From: an uncultured Bacteroidales bacterium
GTDB lineage: Bacteria; Bacteroidota; Bacteroidia; Bacteroidales; UBA7960
NCBI GenBank assembly: GCA_964601515.1
Contig: CAZRNU010000018.1
Location: forward strand, 1 to 34,521
Direction: 5' to 3'
DNA length: 34,521 nucleotides
Shown here: positions 1 through 8,910 of the stretch, one piece after another
Layout: every line of letters begins with the position of its first letter
How positions within the stretch are numbered: the stretch's first letter is position 1
Program-made: the position numbers and the translations under genes
The notes under the pieces: model-generated
What the model saw: the letters and a program-made list of their open reading frames with translations, nothing else
Told to the model about the DNA's origin: nothing
The model's database searches: none

Positions 1-9
1 TCTCACTAT

Positions 10-105
10 CACATTGGCACATTATCACATTGGCATATTGGCACATTATCAAATTAGCACATTATCACATTATCACATTGGCATATTGGCATATTGGCAC
101 ATTGA
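10..105. repeat. Tandem octamer array CAYATTRK (CACATTGG / CATATTGG / CACATTAT / CAAATTAG), at least 12 head-to-tail copies. Probably continues beyond the 5' window edge. Ends about 60 nt upstream of bcp start.
   Basis: Direct reading: units at 10-17, 18-25, ... 98-105, all 8 nt and in phase. The six-frame ORF 14..199 (MAHYHIGILAHY...) is a translation artefact of this array. Confidence 0.85.
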
Positions 106-164
106 ACAACACCGCCATATTTTTTGTTCCATAAATAAGAATCACAAATCAAAAACATACAAAC

Positions 165-620
165 ATGACACATTTAAAAGTAGGCGACAAAGCTCCTGAA
201 TTCAAGGGGAAAGACCAAAACGGTAATGATATTAGCCTTAAGGATTTTAAAGGCAAAAAAGTTGTTATTTATTTTTATCCAAAGGACAATACTCCCGGTT
301 GTACTGCCCAGGCTTGTAATTTAAGGGATAATTATGATGTATTACTTAAGCAGGGATATGTTGTGATAGGTGTTAGTAAAGACAGCCAGAAATCTCATCA
401 GAAATTTATTGAAAAATTTGAACTTCCATTTCCTCTAATCGCAGATGAGGATAAAGTAATTTTAAATCAATTTGGTGTATGGGGTCCAAAGAAATTTATG
501 GGCAGGGTGAGTGATGGAATTCACAGAACTACGTTTGTAATTGACGAGAAGGGAATTTTCTCTGAGATAATTGAGAAAGTTGATACAAAAGAACATACAG
601 TTCAGATTCTAAAAAAATAG
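165..620 (+). CDS. bcp: Thiol peroxidase / peroxiredoxin Bcp (PrxQ family, AhpC-TSA fold)
   Basis: 151 aa. Motif FYPKDNTPGCTAQAC with peroxidatic Cys and a resolving Cys 5 residues later (CxxxxC), as in E. coli Bcp. Thioredoxin-fold length. Confidence 0.9.
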   Translation: MTHLKVGDKAPEFKGKDQNGNDISLKDFKGKKVVIYFYPKDNTPGCTAQACNLRDNYDVLLKQGYVVIGVSKDSQKSHQKFIEKFELPFPLIADEDKVILNQFGVWGPKKFMGRVSDGIHRTTFVIDEKGIFSEIIEKVDTKEHTVQILKK

Positions 621-668
621 ATTTTAAAATCAATTACTTTATCTTTGAAAAAAAATAGATGAAGTAAA

Positions 669-3569
669 ATGCGAGCCTTTTTAATCATTTTTCTTATAGC
701 GCTAATCAGTGGTAATGCAAATGCCCAAGATTGGCGCTTTTTTGATTCTTTGCGTGTCGAGAAACAAAATCATAAAGAGATAAATCAAGCCCTAGAATTT
801 GGTGAAAAAGCTATTGAATTGTATGTTGAATACTATGGCGAAAATGATACTGTTTATGCTGATTTGCTAAAAGTTATGATGGACTTGCATAAAACTGCAA
901 AGCAGTTTTCGAATGCAGAATCATACGGAATAAAAGAATTGATTGTTAGAGAAAGAGTTGAAGGAAAATTATCTGCAAATTACATTGCGGCATGCAATAA
1001 TCTTGCATTGTTATATAAGGAATTAGGCAATTATGAACTTGCAGAACCTTTATATATTGAGTTTAGAGGCCTTGTAGAGAATTTATATGGCAAAGAACAT
1101 GAAGAATATGCTGCCTCTTGCAATAACCTTGCAACTTTTTACCGAGCACTTGGAAGATTCTCGGATGCTGAGCCATTGTTGCTTGAAGCTAGGGACACTT
1201 ATGAAAAACTTTTTGGAAAGAAACACAATAATTATTTGGTAATTTCAAATAACCTGGGTGGATTGTACCGAGCAATTGGTAATTATGGTGCATCGGAGGT
1301 TTGTTATGTTGAGGTTAAGAATATTCGCGAAGAAATTTTGGGAAGAGAAAGCATTGATTATGGTGTTAGTTGCAATAACCTGGCTTTATTATATAGAACT
1401 ATGGGCAACTATAATGCTGCTGAGCCATTATATCTTGAAGCTAAAGACATTTTTGAAAAGCTATTAGGACGGGAGCACTCTTATTATCTTTCAATAATCA
1501 GCAATCTAGCTTTATTATACAGAACAACAGGAAAATATAATGAAGCAGAACCTTTGCTCATAGAAGTGAAAAATGTTTATGAAAAAATGTATGGTAATGA
1601 GCACCCTATGTATGCTCAAAGTTCCAATAATCTGGCGGTTTTTTACCGAACTGTTGGAAATTATGATACGGCAGAGCCATTATTGGTAGAGTCTAGAGAG
1701 CTTTATTCCAAAATTGTTGGCAGGGAACATCCCGATTATGCAAGGAGTTGTACTAACTTGGGGGAGGTTTTAAGATTTAAAAAACGGTATAAAGAAGCAG
1801 AAGCTTTATTAATTGAAGCAAAAGTAATTGAAGCAAAAGTTTTTGGCAAGCAACATCCTGATTATGCCCAAAGTTGTAATAATCTTGCTGTTTTATATGA
1901 TATTACAGGAAATTTTAAATTTGCTAAAGACCTGTTTACGGAAAGCATCGATATCAAAAACAGAAATATTTTTAAAAATTTTTCATTTCTATCTGAAAAA
2001 GAAAAAGAGTTATACTTCAAAACTCAATCGCCTTATTTCTCTGATTTTTATGCATTTGCATTCAGAAATATACGCAATGATAAGACTATAACTGAAATTG
2101 TTTTTAACAATGTGATAAGAACAAAAGGCTTGCTTTTACAGTCTTCTACAGCAATGCGCTCGTCAGTTTTGAAAAGTAATGATGCTGAGCTTATTGAATT
2201 ATATGAAAAATGGATTGATCTAAGAGTTGATATTTCAAAACTTTTTTCAATTGAAGTTTCAAAAAGAAAGACAGACCCGACGATTTTGGAAGAACAAGCA
2301 AATGAAATTGAAAAAGAGCTTGTAAGAAGATCTCAGGTATTTAGCAATTTTGAAAATGTTCAAAATGTTACCTGGAAGGATATAAAATCAGTATTGAAAA
2401 GGAGGGAGGCTGCAATAGAATTTCTACATTTTACTGATAAAAACGACCGGGATGTGGTTAAATATTTTGCATTAATAATTAGAAATAACAGTAAGTATCC
2501 GGAAATGGTTTATTTGTTTGATGAATCTGCACTAAATCATATTATTGAGGAGTCATCTGTTAATAGTTTACATAAAATAAACTCCGTTTATGGCATTAAT
2601 GACAACCCAAATACAAAGTTGTATGAATTAATTTGGAAACCAATGGAAGGATTCCTTAAAGGTATTGATAATGTTTTCATTTCTCCTTCCGGTTTGCTGC
2701 ATAAAATATCATTTGCTGCAATAGCAAAAAGTAATAATGTTTATTTGAGTGATGTATTTAATATTAATAGCTTATCGGGAACAATTCAACTTTTAACAGC
2801 TAACGAATATGTTTTTGATAAATCAATGGACGTAAATTTATTTGGGGGTGTAAACTATAATTTGTCGAGTGAAGATAAAACTATATGGGAATACCTTGAA
2901 GGAACTCGTAGAGAGGTTGAAGAAATTTCGGAGATTCTTTTAAATGAGAATGTTAAAGTAAACTTGTTTATTGGAGATAATGCAAGTGAAGAAAACCTGA
3001 AAAACAATGCCGGTAATGTTTTACACATAGCAACTCATGGCTTTTTTTACCCCGACCCTGATGAAGTTATTCGCAAACAATCATTAGAAGTGAAAAAGGG
3101 TGATGTTATGTTTAGAGGTACAAATGTAGGATTTGGTGTTTGGACATATATGAATAGCTCGAATCCGCTGATGCGTTCCGGACTAGCATTGGCAGGAGCA
3201 AACAGTGTATGGACAAAGCAATTTGCAGATAGCGAAAATGATGGAGTTTTAACTGCTCAGGAAGTTACAAATCTTGATTTTTCTAACACAGGATTGGTTG
3301 TTTTATCAGCATGTGAAACAGGGCTTGGAGATATAAAAGACAGTGAAGGAGTTTATGGGCTTCAGAGGGCTTTTAAGATGGCCGGAGTAAATCAAATAAT
3401 TATGAGTTTATGGCAAGTTCCGGATAAGGAAACTGAAGAATTTATGACTTTGTTTTATTCGCAGTTGATTATTAAAAATGATGTAAAAGCATCGTTTAAT
3501 TATGCACAGAAAGAGATGCGCAAGAAATATGATCCGTTTTTTTGGGCTGCATTTGTTTTGGTTGAGTAA
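669..3569 (+). CDS. Secreted TPR-repeat / CHAT-domain protein (caspase-like putative protease)
   Basis: 966 aa. N-terminal signal peptide MRAFLIIFLIALISGNANA|Q. About 10 tandem 34-42 aa TPR-like repeats (...SCNNLALLYxxxGNYxxAEPLYxEA...GxEH...), aa ~100-440. C-terminal CHAT signature dyad HIATHG (nt ~3025-3042) and VLSACETG (nt ~3301-3324). Internal 15-bp direct duplication giving IEAKVIEAKV (nt ~1810-1840). Confidence 0.85.
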   Translation: MRAFLIIFLIALISGNANAQDWRFFDSLRVEKQNHKEINQALEFGEKAIELYVEYYGENDTVYADLLKVMMDLHKTAKQFSNAESYGIKELIVRERVEGKLSANYIAACNNLALLYKELGNYELAEPLYIEFRGLVENLYGKEHEEYAASCNNLATFYRALGRFSDAEPLLLEARDTYEKLFGKKHNNYLVISNNLGGLYRAIGNYGASEVCYVEVKNIREEILGRESIDYGVSCNNLALLYRTMGNYNAAEPLYLEAKDIFEKLLGREHSYYLSIISNLALLYRTTGKYNEAEPLLIEVKNVYEKMYGNEHPMYAQSSNNLAVFYRTVGNYDTAEPLLVESRELYSKIVGREHPDYARSCTNLGEVLRFKKRYKEAEALLIEAKVIEAKVFGKQHPDYAQSCNNLAVLYDITGNFKFAKDLFTESIDIKNRNIFKNFSFLSEKEKELYFKTQSPYFSDFYAFAFRNIRNDKTITEIVFNNVIRTKGLLLQSSTAMRSSVLKSNDAELIELYEKWIDLRVDISKLFSIEVSKRKTDPTILEEQANEIEKELVRRSQVFSNFENVQNVTWKDIKSVLKRREAAIEFLHFTDKNDRDVVKYFALIIRNNSKYPEMVYLFDESALNHIIEESSVNSLHKINSVYGINDNPNTKLYELIWKPMEGFLKGIDNVFISPSGLLHKISFAAIAKSNNVYLSDVFNINSLSGTIQLLTANEYVFDKSMDVNLFGGVNYNLSSEDKTIWEYLEGTRREVEEISEILLNENVKVNLFIGDNASEENLKNNAGNVLHIATHGFFYPDPDEVIRKQSLEVKKGDVMFRGTNVGFGVWTYMNSSNPLMRSGLALAGANSVWTKQFADSENDGVLTAQEVTNLDFSNTGLVVLSACETGLGDIKDSEGVYGLQRAFKMAGVNQIIMSLWQVPDKETEEFMTLFYSQLIIKNDVKASFNYAQKEMRKKYDPFFWAAFVLVE

Positions 3570-3734
3570 TTTTTTTCTGTTTGTGAAATAAACTACTTTT
3601 GAAGAAAATATTTCATTATGAAAGTATTTGATTAAAATTTTATAATTATTATTTTTTTAATCGAAATATTATTAATTTTGAGCCGCAAAAGTAATAGACT
3701 AAACATAAAATTAAATAGACAAAAATTGTGATTT

Positions 3735-4769
3735 ATGAGTAAAGAAAAAGAAAAAGAAAAAGAAAAAGCATCGAACGTGAATGCAGAGAAGATGAAAGCA
3801 CTCCAGCTAACTATGGATAAAATAGAGAAATCGTATGGTAAAGGCTCAATTATGAAGTTAGGAGATTCAGTTGTTGAGGCAGTAGAAAGTATCTCAACAG
3901 GATCTTTGTCGCTTGATATTGCGCTAGGTACAGGTGGTTTGCCAAGAGGTAGAGTGGTTGAAATATACGGACCTGAATCTTCTGGTAAAACTACCCTGGC
4001 AATACATGCAATTGCATCTACACAAAAAGCAGGTGGAATTGCTGCGTTTATTGATGCTGAACACGCATTTGACAGTTCCTATGCAAAAGGGCTTGGTGTT
4101 GACATTGAAAATCTTTTAATAAGTCAACCCGACAACGGTGAACAAGCTTTGGAAATAACTGAAAACCTTATTCGTTCAGGTGCAATTGATATAATCGTTA
4201 TAGACTCAGTAGCTGCTCTAACTCCAAAAAGTGAGATAGAAGGTGAAATGGGTGATTCAAAAATGGGATTACAGGCAAGATTAATGTCGCAAGCTCTTAG
4301 AAAACTTACAGGTACCATAAACAAAACCGGTTGCTGCTGTATTTTTATTAATCAGCTTAGAGAGAAAATTGGTGTAATGTTTGGCAATCCTGAAACAACT
4401 ACCGGTGGTAATGCCCTGAAATTTTATGCTTCTGTAAGGCTTGATATAAGAAGAATATCGCAAATAAAAGATGGCGAACATGCTGTTGGTAGCCGTACTA
4501 GAGTAAAAGTTGTTAAAAACAAACTTGCTCCACCATTCCGTCAGGCTGAATTTGATATTATATATGGACAAGGAATTTCTAAAACAGGCGAAATAATTGA
4601 CCTTGCTGTCGACCATAACATTATCAAGAAATCAGGTTCATGGTTTAGCTACGGAGAAACAAAACTAGGACAAGGTCGTGATGCAGTGAAGCAATTATTG
4701 ACTGATAATATTGAGCTTGCTGAAGAACTGGAACTAAAAGTTAAAGAGATTCTTAAGACAACGAAGTAA
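3735..4769 (+). CDS. recA: Recombinase RecA with N-terminal (KE)n low-complexity extension
   Basis: 344 aa. Walker [10 protein letters not shown], plus conserved RecA blocks ([32 protein letters not shown]). The N-terminal [14 protein letters not shown] is encoded by (GAAAAA)5 at 3748-3777. Confidence 0.97.
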   Translation: MSKEKEKEKEKASNVNAEKMKALQLTMDKIEKSYGKGSIMKLGDSVVEAVESISTGSLSLDIALGTGGLPRGRVVEIYGPESSGKTTLAIHAIASTQKAGGIAAFIDAEHAFDSSYAKGLGVDIENLLISQPDNGEQALEITENLIRSGAIDIIVIDSVAALTPKSEIEGEMGDSKMGLQARLMSQALRKLTGTINKTGCCCIFINQLREKIGVMFGNPETTTGGNALKFYASVRLDIRRISQIKDGEHAVGSRTRVKVVKNKLAPPFRQAEFDIIYGQGISKTGEIIDLAVDHNIIKKSGSWFSYGETKLGQGRDAVKQLLTDNIELAEELELKVKEILKTTK

Positions 4770-4790
4770 AAAGTCATATATCAAACAAAA

Positions 4791-4828
4791 AAGGCTGTAA
4801 TGTTTAATACATCACAGCCTTTTTTATT
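4791..4828. terminator. Rho-independent terminator hairpin shared by the convergent recA and lipoprotein gene
   Basis: AAGGCTGT (4791-4798), 14-nt loop, ACAGCCTT (4813-4820), then TTTTTATT. The reverse strand also gives a stem followed by a U-run. Confidence 0.6.
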
Positions 4829-4837
4829 ATATCTAAA

Positions 4838-4874
4838 CCTTAATCTTAATCTCAACCTCAACCTCAACCTCAAT
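4838..4874. repeat. Hexamer tandem array CCTTAAT-CTTAAT-(CTCAAC)x3-CTCAAT; its last unit contains the stop codon of the minus-strand gene 4870..5694
   Basis: Direct reading of 4838-4874. Reverse complement is (TTGAGG)n / (TTAAGA)n. Confidence 0.75.
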
Positions 4875-5694
4875 GATATTCGTATTCAGCAATAATTTTG
4901 TTTAAAACCAAATTACCCTGAGTATCATAACGCCTTTCTCTAATTATATGTGGGAAATTATCTGAATTGGCTTCTGCAGAGTATTTAATTGAGTATGTAT
5001 TCCAGTCAAATTCGGGATATGTGCTGCAAACTGCATCTAAAACAAAATTTGGATTAAGGCAAGAAATTATGCTAAACAACGATTCAGTGTAAATATTGAA
5101 ATTTCTAAAGATTCTTCTGTATGGGTTTTTTGTTTCGCAAATCTTAAAATGATAATATAAAACCACAGATCCATTATTTCTGCTAATTCTTGTGATATTA
5201 CCTCTTGAGTCGTATTGAATGCCTGTTGCAATTATAACTCCATCCTTAAGAATTGAATTTAAAGTGTTGTTATCATAAGCGAAAATATAGTTTGAAATGA
5301 GATTGCCATTGTGGAATCCTCTTATCTCCATTAGATTGTTGCCTAAAAGATTGTATTCAAATTTTTTCTCGTTCTGATCTGCTCCATTTTCAGAAAAATA
5401 AACGTGGTGACTATTGTCTTTAGGAATAATCTGATATTCATAAAGTGGCTCAGAATCAGCCGATTCTTCTTGACCGTATATTAATGCAGAACCTGTTTCT
5501 CCCCTTACGTAATATTCAAGGTAAGCTCCGGATTTAACATTCTGACCACTAAAAAGATCATATTCCCAAACTGTTAAAAATAATTTTTCCTCCGCTAAAT
5601 CTATATCATCGGGAGGATTAATGGGGTCTTTTTCACATGAAAAAGCAACAAATAATGAAATTAAAACAATTAAGGCGCTGTGAATTCTTTTCAT
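4870..5694 (-). CDS. Hypothetical lipoprotein
   Basis: 274 aa. N-terminus MKRIHSALIVLISLFVAFSCEKD is a lipoprotein signal peptide with lipobox Cys. No recognisable catalytic motif. Confidence 0.55.
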   Translation of the reverse strand: MKRIHSALIVLISLFVAFSCEKDPINPPDDIDLAEEKLFLTVWEYDLFSGQNVKSGAYLEYYVRGETGSALIYGQEESADSEPLYEYQIIPKDNSHHVYFSENGADQNEKKFEYNLLGNNLMEIRGFHNGNLISNYIFAYDNNTLNSILKDGVIIATGIQYDSRGNITRISRNNGSVVLYYHFKICETKNPYRRIFRNFNIYTESLFSIISCLNPNFVLDAVCSTYPEFDWNTYSIKYSAEANSDNFPHIIRERRYDTQGNLVLNKIIAEYEYH

Positions 5695-6021
5695 CCAGTT
5701 TACTGATTAGTGAAAAAAATATTTTTTGTGATTAAGAATTATTACTTTTAAACACAAGTTCAAATTTAATTCATTTTGTAAAAAAAACAAACAGCTTTTA
5801 ATAAATTTTTTAAACATTTTTGTGTTTTTCTGTGTATTTTACTATCAATAGGCTGATGCAAAAGTAGTAATTTCGAACTTAAAAAATATTAGTTTTTAAT
5901 TATTTTTGAGAATCCAATTTCGATTTAGACGGGTTTTTAAACATAACTAAAAGACGTTACTGTATTTTTTTTAGACAAAAAACTTATTAACAATAAACAT
6001 AATCAACTTAAATCAATAGAT

Positions 6022-8055
6022 ATGAAAAAACATTCAGGTATTTTAATGATAATCGTTATAATGCTTTTTTCTGTTGTTTGCGGAGCGCAAAGCAAAGTTA
6101 TGACCGCTGAAACTTTATGGGAGTTTGGACGAGTAAGTGATATACGTGTTTCCCCCGATGGGAAAACTATATTGTTTGGTATAACATATTTTGATGTAGA
6201 AGCAAACAAAGGCACCAGAAACCTTTATATAATGCCGGTTTCAGGCGGTACTCCCAAGCAAATCACAAATACTTCGATAAATGAATTTAACGCTTTGTGG
6301 CGACCGGATGGGAATAAAATAGGTTTCCTCAGCAGCGAAAGTGGAAGTGTGCAGCTTTGGGAAATGGATATTGATGGAAATAACAGAGAAAAAGTATCTG
6401 ATATTCCCGGTGGAATTTCAGGATTTAATTACTCTCCTGATCTGAAAAATATAGCCTTTTTTAAGAAAGTAAATGTTCTTCCGGGGGTAAAAGATCTTTA
6501 TCCTGACTTACCGAAAGCTAATGCCAGAATTTATGACGATTTAATGTTTCGTCACTGGGATCATTGGACAGACAATTCATTTAATCATGTTTTTATTGCT
6601 TCATATAGTAATGGTCAGGTAGGTGATTATTATGATTTAATGGAAGGTGAGCCATACAATGCTCCATTAAAGCCTTTTGGAGGAATTGATCAGATTATTT
6701 GGAGTCCTGACGGACAAAAGCTGCTTTATACGAGTAAAAAGCTTTTCGGTAAAGCCTACGCAGTTAGTACAAACTCTGATTTGTATTTATATGATTTAAA
6801 AACAAAATCCACTCAAAATCTATCTGAATTTAATAAGGGTTATGATAAAAATCCTGTGTTTTCGCCTGATGGAAAGTTTTTAGCATGGGAAAGCATGGAA
6901 ACTGATGGTTTTGAATCAGATAAAACCAGAATAATGATTTTAGATTTGGCAAAGGGTACATATAAAGATTACTCTAAAGAATTTGACCAAAGCTCTTCCG
7001 GCTTTGTCTGGTCTGCAAAATCAGACTTTCTTTATTTTATTAGCGGCATAAAAGCGACACATCAAATTTTTTCTTTAGAACTTAAAACAGGAAAGATAAA
7101 GCAGCTTACCCAAGGAAGGCATGATTTCACTTCAATAAATCTTGCAGGAAACAGCCTGATAGCAACTCAAATGACTATGGCTATGCCTGTTGAAATTTTT
7201 AGAGTAGATATAAAATCAGGTTCACAAACTCAGATAAGTTTTGTAAATAAAGAAATATTGGATAATTTAAAATTGGCAAAAGTTGAAGAAAGATGGGTGA
7301 AAACAACCGATAACAAAGATATGCTCGTTTGGGTAATATACCCACCTGATTTCGATCCTGCGAAAAAATATCCTACATTATTATATTGTCAGGGTGGGCC
7401 GCAAAGTGCTGTAAGTCAGTTTTTCTCATACCGATGGAACTTTCAAATGATGGCTGCCAATGATTATATAATTGTGGCTCCAAATAGGAGAGGATTGCCT
7501 TCTTTCGGTCAGGAATGGAATGATCAGATTAGTAAGGATTATGGCGGACAAAATATGAAAGATTATTTAAGTGCTATTGATGCGGTTAAAACTGAGCCAT
7601 TTGTTGATGAAAACCGACTTGGAGCAGTAGGAGCAAGTTATGGCGGTTTTTCAGTATTCTGGCTTGCCGGAAATCATGAAAAACGTTTTAAAGCTTTCAT
7701 CGCACATTGCGGAATGTTTAACCTTGAAAGCTGGTATGGATCAACGGAAGAGTTGTTTTTTGCAAACCACGACATTGGAGGTGCATATTGGGAAAATCCA
7801 CGTCCAAAAAGCTACGACTTTTCTCCTCACCGTTTTATAGGCAATTGGGATACACCTATTCTTGTTATACATGGTGAAAAAGATTTCAGAATTCCTTACA
7901 CTCAGGGAATGGAAGCCTTTAATGCAGCTCAATTACAGGGAATTCCCAGCAGATTTCTGTCATTTCCGGATGAAAACCATTGGGTACTTCAACCTCAAAA
8001 TAGTATTCTGTGGCAAAGAGAGTTTTTCAGATGGCTTGATCATTGGTTAAAATAA
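6022..8055 (+). CDS. S9 family serine peptidase (prolyl oligopeptidase / acylaminoacyl-peptidase-like) with N-terminal TolB-like beta-propeller
   Basis: 677 aa. Signal peptide. Repeated SPDG / WSPDG propeller blades in the N-terminal half. C-terminal alpha/beta hydrolase with nucleophile motif GASYGGF (GxSxGG) and DENHW histidine block. Confidence 0.85.
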   Translation: MKKHSGILMIIVIMLFSVVCGAQSKVMTAETLWEFGRVSDIRVSPDGKTILFGITYFDVEANKGTRNLYIMPVSGGTPKQITNTSINEFNALWRPDGNKIGFLSSESGSVQLWEMDIDGNNREKVSDIPGGISGFNYSPDLKNIAFFKKVNVLPGVKDLYPDLPKANARIYDDLMFRHWDHWTDNSFNHVFIASYSNGQVGDYYDLMEGEPYNAPLKPFGGIDQIIWSPDGQKLLYTSKKLFGKAYAVSTNSDLYLYDLKTKSTQNLSEFNKGYDKNPVFSPDGKFLAWESMETDGFESDKTRIMILDLAKGTYKDYSKEFDQSSSGFVWSAKSDFLYFISGIKATHQIFSLELKTGKIKQLTQGRHDFTSINLAGNSLIATQMTMAMPVEIFRVDIKSGSQTQISFVNKEILDNLKLAKVEERWVKTTDNKDMLVWVIYPPDFDPAKKYPTLLYCQGGPQSAVSQFFSYRWNFQMMAANDYIIVAPNRRGLPSFGQEWNDQISKDYGGQNMKDYLSAIDAVKTEPFVDENRLGAVGASYGGFSVFWLAGNHEKRFKAFIAHCGMFNLESWYGSTEELFFANHDIGGAYWENPRPKSYDFSPHRFIGNWDTPILVIHGEKDFRIPYTQGMEAFNAAQLQGIPSRFLSFPDENHWVLQPQNSILWQREFFRWLDHWLK

Positions 8056-8057
8056 TT

Positions 8058-8903
8058 ATGTCAGATAAACAAAAAAAAAACCGAATGCAGCTAGCATTGA
8101 CATTATTAATAATTTTGTCTTTAGCTGCATTTGTTTTTTGTAAAAGAGAAGCTAATCCGGCAAATAAAAATTCATCCATATTTATTGATGTTATTGCTGA
8201 CTCAGTCCTTAATGAAACAAAAACATTATACATTATGACTCAAAAGGAAATTCTTATTGGGAAAATAGAATCATCAAATGAGAGTCTTGCATTGATTCCT
8301 TTAAAATATGCTAGCAGAGAAGGTATTTATATGAATAAAGAAGCTTTCGAAGCTTTTCTTGAAATGTATAATGCGGCGAAGGAAGCCGGAATAAAACTTC
8401 AAATCTTATCTGGATTCAGATCTTTCAACCATCAGAAAGCAATCTGGGAAAACAAATGGCATGGTAGGCAAACACTTACAGGAAATATTAAAGCTACCGA
8501 TATTGAAGACAAATTAAAAAGAGCTAAAGAAATTCTAAAGTACAGTGCTATGCCCGGCACTTCCCGACACCATTGGGGAACTGATATCGACCTTAATAGT
8601 CTGAATAATAATTATTTTGAGAGTGGTGAAGGAAAAAAGGTTTATGATTGGTTGAATAAGAATGCCGGAATATATGGATTTTGCAGACCATATAATGCAA
8701 AAGGGAATGACCGATTAACCGGATATGAAGAAGAAAAATGGCATTGGTCATATATGCCAGTTGCAAAAAAATATTTGTCTGATTATATAGAAACTATTAT
8801 ATACGAAGATATCGAAGGATTTGCCGGCGATGAAACGGCTATAACAATTGGTGTAATTGAAAAATATGTTTCTGCAATAAATCCTGATTGTAAATCAAAT
8901 TAG
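8058..8903 (+). CDS. M15 family zinc D-Ala-D-Ala carboxypeptidase-like peptidase (VanY-like)
   Basis: Motifs SRHHWGTDID (SxHxxGxAxD) and EEKWHW (ExxH-like). N-terminal hydrophobic segment LALTLLIILSLAAFVFC. The ORF track starts at a TTG at 8043, overlapping the upstream stop. The ATG at 8058 (MSDKQKK...) is preferred. Confidence 0.75.
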   Translation: MSDKQKKNRMQLALTLLIILSLAAFVFCKREANPANKNSSIFIDVIADSVLNETKTLYIMTQKEILIGKIESSNESLALIPLKYASREGIYMNKEAFEAFLEMYNAAKEAGIKLQILSGFRSFNHQKAIWENKWHGRQTLTGNIKATDIEDKLKRAKEILKYSAMPGTSRHHWGTDIDLNSLNNNYFESGEGKKVYDWLNKNAGIYGFCRPYNAKGNDRLTGYEEEKWHWSYMPVAKKYLSDYIETIIYEDIEGFAGDETAITIGVIEKYVSAINPDCKSN

Positions 8904-8910
8904 CATTAAT

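Noticed and set aside
1-120. Possible CRISPR array at the window start
   Set aside because: Units are 8 nt, contiguous and without spacers. This is not CRISPR architecture, and no cas genes are present.
14-199. 61-aa ORF MAHYHIGILAHYQISTLSHYHIGILAY... on the plus strand
   Set aside because: Its periodic HY(H/Q)IG sequence is just the translation of the CAYATTRK octamer array. It has no independent coding signal and overlaps the bcp start.
5695-6021. 327-bp AT-rich gap between the lipoprotein and S9 peptidase genes as a possible sRNA or mobile-element scar
   Set aside because: No inverted or direct repeats, no ORF, and no terminator-like hairpin found. It contains a TATTTTTG -7-like motif and is most simply a divergent promoter region.
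6003-6215. 70-aa minus-strand ORF overlapping the S9 peptidase start
   Set aside because: Overlaps the signal-peptide coding region of a well-supported gene, and has no family features.
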